Assembly: GCA_965227295.1 (NCBI GenBank)
Contig: OZ245742.1
Location: forward strand, 5,280,001-5,344,000
Source: Leptonemataceae bacterium
GTDB taxonomy: Bacteria; Spirochaetota; Leptospiria; Leptospirales; Leptonemataceae
DNA: 64,000 nt
Direction: 5' to 3'
In this document: positions 9,962 to 19,345 of the stretch, piece after piece
How the letters are laid out: the number at the start of each line of letters is the position of its first letter
Numbering within the stretch: position 1 is the first letter of the stretch
Notes under the pieces: model-generated
The model's input: only the letters and a program-made list of their open reading frames with translations
Told to the model about the DNA's origin: nothing
Databases searched by the model: none
Translations under genes and position numbers: made by a program

Positions 9962-11755
9962 TTGTCCGACTCCTCCACAGGCCTCGCATCGTATCACACA
10001 CCTCCCCTGGAGGCTGGAGGGTATCGAATCGAAGTCCGGCAGAGCGTAAGTCATGGTGAAGATCAACTAGAAGAATCTTTGCTGGATGCGGAGTTTCGCG
10101 TGGCCGGCCCGCAGGACTCTCTGGCGCCGCAGGACATTCAGGCCGTATATCCACCGCGCGCGGCCCGGGGGCGATACGACTCCGTCTTTCCGCATGTGAT
10201 CTTTAGACGTTCCACCCTTCCCTGGGAACGCAGCGCCGCGCAAAACCCCGACCCGAATCGGCCTGTGCCCTGGCTCGGACTCCTGTTGTTCACCGATCAG
10301 GAAATCGAGGATCACGGTCTGTTGCCGCAAACATCTTCCCGATCGGAGTCCACCGGGCAAGACGGTGACGCCGCAACCGGGCCGGTCGCGATTCTCGATC
10401 TTCCCGCGGAATTCGCACGCATCATGCTGCCGTCGGGAGACGATCTCCCCTTTCTCGCACACGTTCGCATCCCGCCGGACGGCGGAAACCGGAGCGCGGT
10501 CGTGACCGGGAATCGTCTACCGCAGCCCGGCGCAAGGAATCGTGTCTACCTTGTGGCCTGGGAAGGACGTTATCGCTACGAGTCCGGGAATCGACTCGCG
10601 GTTTCCATCGAAGCCGGAGCGGACAGCGTGCGCCTGGTCAGTCTGAAGTACTGGGACTTCTTCTGCTCCGCGACAGCTCCCGGCGTCCACGACACCGGCG
10701 GACTCGATCACCTGCTGCGGCAGTTGAACTGCGACCCGGCGGTCCTCCAACTGCCGCCGACGGACAACGAAGAAGCGAACGCCCGAATCCGTGCGAGCTA
10801 CGTTCCGCTCAAGCATCGATTGCGCAACGGTCAGCAAACCGTTTCCTGGTATCACGGCCCTTTCGTTTGCGGCAGGAACACGGCGCCGGACGCTCTCCCT
10901 TTTCCGGCGAGCACCGCCGACGCGCTCTACTACTATCAGCCGGGCGAAGGCATGTTCGACGTCTCGTATGCGGCGGCCTGGGAGCTCGGGCGTTTGCTCG
11001 CGTTGCAGAGCAAAGACTTTGCGATCGCCCTCTACATGTTTCGCCGCGAAGCGATACAGCGCCGGCATCAGGAATCCGAACGCCGGACGCAACGGTATCC
11101 CCTGGAACTCGAAACGTCCGGCGATGCCGAACCCTCAATCCCGTCGAAAATCACGACGTGGCTCGACGATGCCGGCTTGCTCCGGAACGTCCCGTTTGCG
11201 TATCTCGTGGCAGACGAACGAATGCTTCCCGCGGAATCCATACGGTTCTTCTACATCGATTCGCAGTGGACGGCGGCATTGCAGGACGGCGCGCTCAGCG
11301 TCGGGCGCGTCAGCCGGATCGACCGGGACTTCGACCGGGACATGTACCCGGCCGACAGACCGGAGCGCGTTGTCAGCGGCGTGTTGCTGCGATCGGAGGC
11401 AGTGGCCGGCTGGCCGCATCTCCAGGTCGACGGCTTCGACTCCGCCTCGAACGCGCTGCATGTTCTCCGCCGGGAACACCTGTCCGATCATGTACTGCTT
11501 TCGCTTTTCGAAGGCGATCTCGCACGGCTCGAGGTGTATCTGAAGCCGGAGGCTCTACACTTCAGCGCTCCGGACTCCGTTCCGTTTCGCAACACCGGCG
11601 AGGCGGCCGGGGTCGTCGACGTACACGCGCTGGCCCTGCGCATGCAGGACGCATCGGGACAGGCTGGCTTCAGCGCCGCGGACTTCGCCGCGCAGTTGCT
11701 GACGAGCGGTACGAAGATATGCTTCACGCGCTTCGGAGGACAGGTCGACCAATGA
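9962..11755 (+). CDS. Hypothetical protein, gene 1 of the DUF6603-associated operon (597 aa)
   Basis: Long ORF with TTG start; motifs 'PHVIFRRSTLPWER', 'PWLGLLLF', 'WYHGPF', 'DVSYAAAWELGRLLAL', 'ESIRFFYIDSQW...DGALS'; no signal peptide; stop overlaps the next ATG (ATGA). Confidence 0.85.
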   Translation: MSDSSTGLASYHTPPLEAGGYRIEVRQSVSHGEDQLEESLLDAEFRVAGPQDSLAPQDIQAVYPPRAARGRYDSVFPHVIFRRSTLPWERSAAQNPDPNRPVPWLGLLLFTDQEIEDHGLLPQTSSRSESTGQDGDAATGPVAILDLPAEFARIMLPSGDDLPFLAHVRIPPDGGNRSAVVTGNRLPQPGARNRVYLVAWEGRYRYESGNRLAVSIEAGADSVRLVSLKYWDFFCSATAPGVHDTGGLDHLLRQLNCDPAVLQLPPTDNEEANARIRASYVPLKHRLRNGQQTVSWYHGPFVCGRNTAPDALPFPASTADALYYYQPGEGMFDVSYAAAWELGRLLALQSKDFAIALYMFRREAIQRRHQESERRTQRYPLELETSGDAEPSIPSKITTWLDDAGLLRNVPFAYLVADERMLPAESIRFFYIDSQWTAALQDGALSVGRVSRIDRDFDRDMYPADRPERVVSGVLLRSEAVAGWPHLQVDGFDSASNALHVLRREHLSDHVLLSLFEGDLARLEVYLKPEALHFSAPDSVPFRNTGEAAGVVDVHALALRMQDASGQAGFSAADFAAQLLTSGTKICFTRFGGQVDQ

Positions 11756-14700
11756 GCGTGCCCACGATTTTCGTACCGATCCAACTGGACGCGCTGGTGC
11801 TCCAGCGGACGACGAGCGTGGTCGAAGCCATGGCGGACTTCAGCCGGCTTCCGTACACGGACGGCACCCGGGACTACCGGAGCGGCGTTGCGCCCATCAG
11901 CGAAGAGATTCTCTCGCAGCCCTTAGAAAGCAAGAATCTGAACTTAAAGCCCGGTATACATCTGCACTGGTCCCTGCCGGCGGCCCTGACCCGGAGCGAC
12001 GAGCACGGCGTCTTTCCGCCGGTACCGAATCGCTGGCTCATAACGCGGAAGCGTCGATCGTCCAGCGGTAGCCCGGAGACGGAACGGCAGTGGGTCGTGG
12101 AAAGCGACTTCCTGCATCCGGACGGCAAAGGCGACGACGCGGGCGGCATACCGATCCCCTTTCCGCCCGCGCCCGAACAGGGGCGGCACCGGCCCTTTCG
12201 TTATCTGGGACGCACCCTGCCTCTCGATCGCTGGAATACCCTGCAGACCCAACCGAATCGCGACGACGAGTACCTCGCCGACCGGACCCTGGAACCGGGA
12301 CCGCTGACGGCGGTCGGCTACGGCGAGCCGGCCTTCGCGGCGTTGTACTCCAATTGCCACGGCGTCCTGGGGTCGTACGATCCCGATCAGAGCGACCCCG
12401 ATCCGGCGCTGCAGTACGACGTGGTCGGCTGGTACAGCAATGCGACGCTGGATCCGGTCTACGCCTTCTTTCAAGAGCACACCGCCGTCACCGACGCGAG
12501 CGAATGGAAGACTCTCTTCGAAGAACAGTTCAACTGGACTTTCGCCGATGTGCCGCCGCGCCGGCTCGTATGCTACGCACGCCTTAACTTTACAACAACT
12601 CAAATTACGAAGAACCCCGCTCTTGACGAAGCACTGGCCGTAGCCGTGGGACACACCCGCGGCGAAGCCGTGATCGCCTACCAGGCCTCCGTCGCGGAAC
12701 GGGACGCGAAACGCCGGCAACAACTGCACGCTCGTCTTCGCGCGGCCGTCGTGGCGGATCGCGTGGAACACCGCCGCCTGGACCGGGGTGCGAAGTTCGA
12801 AGAGGCGTGTCATGCGGACGGCTTCAGCGCTACGACGGAAGGAAGCCTCTGGATGGTGAATCGGCGGCCCACCGCCGGTGTCGCGGACACGGAAACGCAA
12901 GAACCGACGCACCAGTCGACGTTGCCCGACGCCCTCGCGGATCTATTAAACGAAGCAAACGAAACACAGGAGGCTTACGATCGGGCATGGCTGGAGATCC
13001 GCGGCGCCCGGCGGCAGTTGTTTTCGGATTGGTACAAGTACATGATCACGCTGTATCCGAGCGACTACAGCCTGCGCGAAGTCGTCGATCCCAACCTCGC
13101 GCGAGAGTACATCCGGACCCGGCGCCTCGTTCCGCTCCAGCAACGCATTGCGAACACGGGAACGCTCTACGTTCAGCAGGACGACCAGGGTCTCATCACC
13201 GGCGCGCGGGCCGGCCAGCCCGGCGATGCCGGCACTTCCCTCGCCGCCGACCTGGCCGCACGTCTGAACGCCCTGATCCAGGCCGTCACGGAATTCAATC
13301 AAACGCTGGCGGCGAACAAGGCGCCGTTCCAAATCGGCTCCACGGCACGACCGCGCTACTGGAGTCCCAACGAACCCGTGGTCCTGCTGGTGGGACCGGC
13401 GACCGGCGTTCGAGAACGACCGGACGTCGCGAATACACCGTTGGCCTGCACGGTCACACCGCTATCGAATGACGCACCGGCTGGTGCGAACGACGTGAAC
13501 GCCCTCGGCGAATGCGTGGAACAAATCCACGCGGTAGATCCGGACGGCCCTGCCTTTCAGCGCTGGCAATTTCAACCGTGGCGACCGTTCTTACTTGAGT
13601 GGGAAGTCGAGGTCTTTCCTGTACGCGAGAAGAGCAACGCCGGCACGGCGGACCGCAACTATCAGTCCGACTTCATCCGCGAAAACTACACTCTCGCCGA
13701 AGACGCCGTGGACCTACGACTCAAGGAAGGCAAAGGCGCGCTCGTACGCGGCGCGAATCTCTATCGCGGCGCGAACATTCTTTCGCCGGGGGCGCACGTC
13801 GAGCTCCGGCAGAAACTCGGCGCCTATCTCTCCCGCGCGACGGCGAAGCAGAACGAGGCCGTGCGCAGCATCACCGAAGCGTACGAGAACCTGGCGAACA
13901 CGAACGGGCTCGCGCAATCTCTCGGCGGATTCAACGCAGCCCTGCTCATGCACAAACAAACGTTGCAACTTGCCGTGCAGGATCCGCTGAACTTTGCCGA
14001 ACAGAAGAAACTCGCCGACAACGTCGCATCCGCCATCGGCAGCGAGATCGACGCCGCGCCGCAACCGTTAAACGACTTTAATCCCATTCGCAGCGGCGCC
14101 TTTCAACTCCAGCGCCTGCGCCTGGTGGACGCCTTCGGGCAAACGCAAGACATCGATCTCGATCGGATCATAATCCCTCCCGAGCTGCAGTTAGCGGACG
14201 ACCCGAAGCTCATGGCATTGCCGCCGCGCCTGATGCAGGACGCGCGCCTGAATCTGCGCTGGCGCAGCGCCCGCGCGGACGCCGGCGAAATGAACGCGCA
14301 CCCCGCAACGTCACCGGTCTGCGGCTGGATGATCGGCAACCATCTCGACGAAAGCCTTTTGTTCTACGACGCGGAGGGCCTGCCCGTGGGACTGATCGAT
14401 CGCTGGAACCAGTGGCGCAACACTCCGGGCGACAGCATGGGCCAGGCTCCCGCGGCCCTGGAGAATGAACACCTCAGTCGCGTCGTGCAGTACTTACTGC
14501 GCCAGGCGCAGACGAACGAAGACTTTCTGCCTGCGTTCCGCCGGACCGTCGACGATGCCCTGGAGGCCATCGAACCGGAGGACCTTGCCGGGCATCCGGT
14601 GCCGGCGGCATTCATGGGCCGGCCTCTGGCAATCGTGCGAGCATCCGTGGAACTACAGGTCTCCGGACGACCCATGATCGATCAAAGCTGGCCGGCTTTC

Positions 14701-15546
14701 CAGGCGGACCTGACGGCGAACGACGACGGCGCGGCGCAGACCCACGGCTGGACCGGCGTGGAGTTTCCTGTCCGCCTCGGCGAGGACCGTCAGTTGGGCG
14801 ACGGCCTGGTGGGCTACTGGATCGAAGCGGATGACGGCCGGCTCGCCGACGTCTTCTACGCTCCTCAGAGCGCGGCCTCGGCCGGCACCGCCACGCAAGA
14901 ACTCATACGAACGCATACGGACGGCGAGCCGCTGAACCTGCACCTCAGCGTGAACGATCCCCGGCGCACCGTGACGATGCTCTTCGACCCGCGCGGCCGG
15001 CTGCACGCGATTCCCGGCGTGCTCCCCGCCAAATCCATCGACATTCCGCCGGACCAGTACGTGCACGCCCTGCAGCAACTCGAGGTAACGTTCTTTTCCA
15101 GCCCGATTCTCAGCGATCGGACGCAGCTCAAGATTCCGCTGGCCGACGAGCCCGGCTTTCAATGGTCCTGGGTCGAGAACCAGCGCGACGGCTGGACGGA
15201 AGTTTCCAGGACCGGCGTAATCGCAAAAAAAGATTTCTTGAAACAATTTCAGCGAGGTGCGGAAATCTGGCGCGGCCTGCTGGGAACCTGGCTCCAGGCC
15301 ATCGATGACGCCACCGCACGCATCATAGCGCGGGAACAGCGGGAGTCCGAACCGGACTTCGGCGAAGAACCAGCGGAAGTCGCAACGGCCTTCTCCGGTC
15401 AGCGGGAAGACATCGAGCGCCTGTTCGAGCAATCTTGCATCGGCCTGCCTTCCCTGGAAGCCCACTTCGCCGATGCCCGGGAACTTCGCGAAGGCTGGTT
15501 AAAACTACGCAGGAATACACAGACTACGCAGACGGAAACGCAATGA
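11752..15546 (+). CDS. Hypothetical protein, gene 2 of the operon (1264 aa; real start MSVPTIFVPIQLDAL at 11752)
   Basis: ATGA overlap with gene 1 and GGAGG upstream; motifs 'GIHLHWSLP..L...PNRWL', 'QWVVESD', 'WRPFLLEWEV', 'LRLVDAFGQ', 'DPRGRLHAIPGVLP'. Confidence 0.88.
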   Translation: MSVPTIFVPIQLDALVLQRTTSVVEAMADFSRLPYTDGTRDYRSGVAPISEEILSQPLESKNLNLKPGIHLHWSLPAALTRSDEHGVFPPVPNRWLITRKRRSSSGSPETERQWVVESDFLHPDGKGDDAGGIPIPFPPAPEQGRHRPFRYLGRTLPLDRWNTLQTQPNRDDEYLADRTLEPGPLTAVGYGEPAFAALYSNCHGVLGSYDPDQSDPDPALQYDVVGWYSNATLDPVYAFFQEHTAVTDASEWKTLFEEQFNWTFADVPPRRLVCYARLNFTTTQITKNPALDEALAVAVGHTRGEAVIAYQASVAERDAKRRQQLHARLRAAVVADRVEHRRLDRGAKFEEACHADGFSATTEGSLWMVNRRPTAGVADTETQEPTHQSTLPDALADLLNEANETQEAYDRAWLEIRGARRQLFSDWYKYMITLYPSDYSLREVVDPNLAREYIRTRRLVPLQQRIANTGTLYVQQDDQGLITGARAGQPGDAGTSLAADLAARLNALIQAVTEFNQTLAANKAPFQIGSTARPRYWSPNEPVVLLVGPATGVRERPDVANTPLACTVTPLSNDAPAGANDVNALGECVEQIHAVDPDGPAFQRWQFQPWRPFLLEWEVEVFPVREKSNAGTADRNYQSDFIRENYTLAEDAVDLRLKEGKGALVRGANLYRGANILSPGAHVELRQKLGAYLSRATAKQNEAVRSITEAYENLANTNGLAQSLGGFNAALLMHKQTLQLAVQDPLNFAEQKKLADNVASAIGSEIDAAPQPLNDFNPIRSGAFQLQRLRLVDAFGQTQDIDLDRIIIPPELQLADDPKLMALPPRLMQDARLNLRWRSARADAGEMNAHPATSPVCGWMIGNHLDESLLFYDAEGLPVGLIDRWNQWRNTPGDSMGQAPAALENEHLSRVVQYLLRQAQTNEDFLPAFRRTVDDALEAIEPEDLAGHPVPAAFMGRPLAIVRASVELQVSGRPMIDQSWPAFQADLTANDDGAAQTHGWTGVEFPVRLGEDRQLGDGLVGYWIEADDGRLADVFYAPQSAASAGTATQELIRTHTDGEPLNLHLSVNDPRRTVTMLFDPRGRLHAIPGVLPAKSIDIPPDQYVHALQQLEVTFFSSPILSDRTQLKIPLADEPGFQWSWVENQRDGWTEVSRTGVIAKKDFLKQFQRGAEIWRGLLGTWLQAIDDATARIIAREQRESEPDFGEEPAEVATAFSGQREDIERLFEQSCIGLPSLEAHFADARELREGWLKLRRNTQTTQTETQ

Positions 15547-15752
15547 ACCAAAACGTTAACCCCCACGAAAATGAAGCTAACTCGCAGAAGATTAAACTGG
15601 AACTCGAGTTAGCCGAACTCAATCAGGTCCTGGACGCCCTCGGCCGGCAGCCCTACGCCTCCGTATACATGCTGATCGAAAAGCTGCATGCCCAGGCGAA
15701 GCCGCAGGTCGTACCGCCGGCCGGTGATTCCGAAGTATCGAGGCTGTCATGA
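15543..15752 (+). CDS. Small helical protein (69 aa) resembling the small proteins found next to phage-type tail fibres
   Basis: ATGA overlaps on both sides; 'IKLELELAELNQVLDALGRQPYASVYMLIEKLHAQA'. Confidence 0.75.
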   Translation: MNQNVNPHENEANSQKIKLELELAELNQVLDALGRQPYASVYMLIEKLHAQAKPQVVPPAGDSEVSRLS

Positions 15753-17728
15753 GCGGCACGACCACGACGAACGATAGCGGCGTCACTCCGTATGAGCGGG
15801 TGCAACCGCTATCTTTTCAGCTCTCCGCCGACGACGGGCGTAACCTGCTGCCCCTGGACGGGCAGGCGCATCTTCTGCATCTTACCATCGAAAATCGAAG
15901 CGACGAGGAACTGACGTTTACACCGCCCGCAACCGCCGGCGCACCTGCTGCCGATCGGTATCACCTGGCGCTGCGCTTTCGACCGGGCACGTTGCATCTG
16001 ACGGACGAAACGCCGGTCGTCTTGCTCGCGGATGCCGCGGAAAACGCGAGCTGGAGCATGAGTGCTCCGGCGCGCATCTCCGACGGCACGATTACGTTTT
16101 ACTTTTTGAGCACGGTCGAGCGCAGTCTCAGCGGCCGGGATCGTCTGCGCATCAGCATGGACGGAGTGCAGGGTGAAGGCCTGGGTGGTTCTCGCGAAAC
16201 CCTCGTCGAGTTGCGCTACGAGGCGAGCCGCGGCACCGAAACGCCGGCACCGTTGAGCGGCTATCGCATCGGGCACCTCGTCCTGGCGAACCTGGCCGCC
16301 GCCCGCGCGCCGTTTCGCATAAACTTCAGCGGACCGAACTGGGTTCTCTCCGACGGCTCGACGAAACAAACGCTGAAGCTGACTTTAACGAATGTGTCCG
16401 GGCGCACGCTGAGCCTTCCGGGCAGCCGGAGTGACGCACCCGCCGCATTGGTGCTCACGTGCGGCACCGGCAACGATGCCACGGACCTGACGAAGAACGA
16501 TAAGATCGATTCCGTCACGGCGACAGGTTTTTCATCGAACAAGCTGACTCAGGGAGCCGTGCTGGAATTTCAACTGGTTCCCGCGAACGACCTCACGCTG
16601 CAACCGGGCGACGAAATCGAACTGACGATCAAGAACCTGGTCGCCAACACGAAGGCCGGACCGGCGGACCTCTTCCTTAAGTACGAAAACATTCCGGGCT
16701 TCATGGACGATACACTGGTCGCTTCCGTAATGAAAAGCCGGCTCGTCCTGCACGATAGCAACGTCAACGTCCACAGTACCCTCGACACCGGAACGCTGGC
16801 CGCGCGCAGTAATATTAGCTTTGACGGAGGGAAACTTACCAGCAAGACCTCCATCTCGCTGCAACCCGATACGAATCACAGCGGCGACGGAACCATTCGC
16901 TTTTTAAAGAACGACGGCAGTGAAGCCGTGCGCATGGCGGCGAACGGCAGGATCGGCATCGGCCAGTCGAACCCCGCCGAAACGCTACACGTGAAGGGCA
17001 ATATCCTGATTGAAGGCGGCGCTTTACGAAGCAAAGGCCGGCTCACGCTGCATCCCGACATCGATCACAAAGGAAACGACGGTGAGATTCGGTTCCTGAA
17101 AGGAAACGGCGACGAGGCCATGTGCATCGACAACAAAGGTGACGTACGCATCGGCGTCTCGGAATCGGTGGGAGCCCGGGTGAGCCTCGCCCGGGACGAC
17201 AAGAACGTCCGGCTGCTTCTCGATCCGGACCAGATCAAGTTTTTTCATAACGGCGTTAAACACTTTTCGATCTTCGCCAACCGGCTTCCCGTGCAGGACG
17301 GCGCCGGCTTTCTTACGATCGAAGACACGAGCAAAGTCGGGGGCATTACTTACAGAGAGGGCACCGTGCTTATGCAAATATCAAGCAAGGGCCCGGTGCA
17401 TATTCCCGGCGGGCTGCAGCCGGACTTCGCCTCCGACTGGATTGCGATCCAAACCAAAGATCTGAAAACGATCACTCATCCTCTCGATACGACTTCGTTG
17501 CGCACGTTCATGCTGTTCAAAACGGGCGATGACATCTACGACGCCGCCTCCTGCGTGCATTATGCCCACAAAGACCAGAATTACAGCGGCTTTAGTTTGA
17601 AAATCGCGACGAATCAGTTTCAACTGCAAGTCGCGAAACATCACGTCTTTGCGTATTATGATTCGAATGGCAATCCGAAGACTCTGAACGCCGGCTCTGT
17701 TCGTATTTTTGCGTGGAAGATCGGATGA
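15749..17728 (+). CDS. Tail-fibre/adhesin-like protein (659 aa)
   Basis: Beta-rich N-terminal domains; duplicated ~55-aa unit ending in GRIGIG/GDVRIG; 'ETLHVKGNI'; C-terminal 'DFASDWI...ITHPLDT...RIFAW' tip-like domain. Confidence 0.7.
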   Translation: MSGTTTTNDSGVTPYERVQPLSFQLSADDGRNLLPLDGQAHLLHLTIENRSDEELTFTPPATAGAPAADRYHLALRFRPGTLHLTDETPVVLLADAAENASWSMSAPARISDGTITFYFLSTVERSLSGRDRLRISMDGVQGEGLGGSRETLVELRYEASRGTETPAPLSGYRIGHLVLANLAAARAPFRINFSGPNWVLSDGSTKQTLKLTLTNVSGRTLSLPGSRSDAPAALVLTCGTGNDATDLTKNDKIDSVTATGFSSNKLTQGAVLEFQLVPANDLTLQPGDEIELTIKNLVANTKAGPADLFLKYENIPGFMDDTLVASVMKSRLVLHDSNVNVHSTLDTGTLAARSNISFDGGKLTSKTSISLQPDTNHSGDGTIRFLKNDGSEAVRMAANGRIGIGQSNPAETLHVKGNILIEGGALRSKGRLTLHPDIDHKGNDGEIRFLKGNGDEAMCIDNKGDVRIGVSESVGARVSLARDDKNVRLLLDPDQIKFFHNGVKHFSIFANRLPVQDGAGFLTIEDTSKVGGITYREGTVLMQISSKGPVHIPGGLQPDFASDWIAIQTKDLKTITHPLDTTSLRTFMLFKTGDDIYDAASCVHYAHKDQNYSGFSLKIATNQFQLQVAKHHVFAYYDSNGNPKTLNAGSVRIFAWKIG

Positions 17729-17771
17729 GGGATGTGCGGGATAAGATCGGAGCGCGGGAGGTATAGCGTTT

Positions 17772-19337
17772 ATGTCGGCTGAAGGAAACGATCCTGATCA
17801 ATCACAAGCATCTTCCAGTGGCGCTGCCGCAGTAGCCGCGACGGACGACGGAGGCTGGCGTCCTGGAGAGTTCGGTCTGACGTTTCTGTATATGGGACAG
17901 GGGGATTGCACTCTGATCAAGTGCCCTGACGGACGAAACATTATGATCGATTGCGGCAGCTCACGGCATGACGGAGACCTGGAAGAAATCAAAGACTTGC
18001 TCCGGCAAAAGGATGCAATCGAAGCGGGACAAGACCTGGATGCCCTGATCATTACACACCCGGACAAGGATCATGTGAATCAGTTGGGGCTCTTAAATCC
18101 ATTCAAACGCCCGGGCGATGGTGGGAGGTCAGAAGAAATCCACGGTATACACGTAAAAAATATCTTCATCAGCAGCGCGAAAGCTCTGGAAGGAAACTGG
18201 TTGCCAGGCGAATACTCAAAGTATTGCAAACGATTCGCCAACAGGGCGGAGGAAGAAGAGGCAAGGGTATTTCGAGTCGTTCTCACGGAGGACGAGTGTC
18301 TTCTTCAGGAATGTGCTCCCGATACAGTCAGCGACGACGATGATGATGTTAACGATGCAGTCCCCAGGTTGGTAGACCGACGCTGCATTATCATGCATAA
18401 GAACGATGGTGACAGTGACAGTGACGACTGGTGCGTTTCCATTATCGCAGGGTCCCACGCTCCTGTAGGCGTAGACAACAATCCACTCAGTCTCGTAGCC
18501 CTGCTGGAAATCGGGGACGAAAAAATCATGATCATGGGAGATGCGACCGTAGAGGTTGGAAACTACATCATGAGCCATTTCGGAGAGGGCAGCAAAACCG
18601 ACTTGCGAAAGCTCTCATTGCTACAGGCACCGCATCATGGGAGTGAAGCATCTGCCTCAACGGAAGAATTCGTCAAATGGCTGCAACCCCAACGAGTCGC
18701 AATCAGTGCCGCCCGTTACGAGTACACGTATCACCTTCCGCGTTGGACGGTACTGAACCGGTACATTCAGTACGTCGGAGATAGAGACGACGGCCCCTGG
18801 CCCCTGGCCGCCTGGCAGGATTCGAACCAGGCTACACTTGAGACATGGCAGTCCTGGATCAAGAACGACTTGAGATTTGAAAAAATCCTCAACACTCAGC
18901 GGCAGGTGAAAGGAGTACTTTTCAATCCAACGAAATCCCCCTTCGAATTCGAAGGTGAACGAATTCAACATCAAGGCCAAATAGCAACCTATGCCCTCAG
19001 CCAGATACAATCCGGAAAAGACATTAAAATCACCGGGCTGGCGGGTACCGGATTTCCAGACTCCGAGGGAAACACGTCCTACCGGGGTGGCAATTTACAC
19101 TATTACTTCAACGGAATAAGTACCAGGCTAACACGCAGCCTCAGCAATCTTCCGGAGAATCCAACCCTCGATGACACGACCGACGGCGGGGGCGCGGCGA
19201 GTAGTAGCAGTAGCGGTGACGGCGCAGCAAGCAGCAGTAGCAGCAGCAGCAGCAGCACAACACCGGTCAGCGACGATGACGACGACGGCCCCGACAGTAG
19301 TAGCAGCAGCGGGATGCCTGACGACGGCGACGATTAA
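17772..19337 (+). CDS. ComEC/Rec2-type metallo-beta-lactamase-fold hydrolase, soluble, with low-complexity termini
   Basis: GQGDC, IDCG, THPDKDH, MGDA, PHHGS; no TM helices; visibly lower GC than its neighbours. Confidence 0.85.
   Translation: MSAEGNDPDQSQASSSGAAAVAATDDGGWRPGEFGLTFLYMGQGDCTLIKCPDGRNIMIDCGSSRHDGDLEEIKDLLRQKDAIEAGQDLDALIITHPDKDHVNQLGLLNPFKRPGDGGRSEEIHGIHVKNIFISSAKALEGNWLPGEYSKYCKRFANRAEEEEARVFRVVLTEDECLLQECAPDTVSDDDDDVNDAVPRLVDRRCIIMHKNDGDSDSDDWCVSIIAGSHAPVGVDNNPLSLVALLEIGDEKIMIMGDATVEVGNYIMSHFGEGSKTDLRKLSLLQAPHHGSEASASTEEFVKWLQPQRVAISAARYEYTYHLPRWTVLNRYIQYVGDRDDGPWPLAAWQDSNQATLETWQSWIKNDLRFEKILNTQRQVKGVLFNPTKSPFEFEGERIQHQGQIATYALSQIQSGKDIKITGLAGTGFPDSEGNTSYRGGNLHYYFNGISTRLTRSLSNLPENPTLDDTTDGGGAASSSSSGDGAASSSSSSSSSTTPVSDDDDDGPDSSSSSGMPDDGDD
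19200..19335 (+). repeat. AGY and GAY trinucleotide tracts encoding poly-Ser and poly-Asp
   Basis: agtagtagcagtagc, agcagcagtagcagcagcagcagcagc, gacgatgacgacgac. Confidence 0.8.
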
Positions 19338-19345
19338 CAATCCTC

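Noticed and set aside
10867..11751. N-terminal 295 aa of the 1559-aa ORF in the track
   Set aside because: It overlaps gene 1 out of frame and reads as Arg-rich shadow sequence. The ATGA-coupled start at 11752 with a GGAGG RBS is much more plausible.
17772..19337. Calling the MBL protein the competence channel ComEC
   Set aside because: It has no transmembrane competence domain and there are no com genes nearby.
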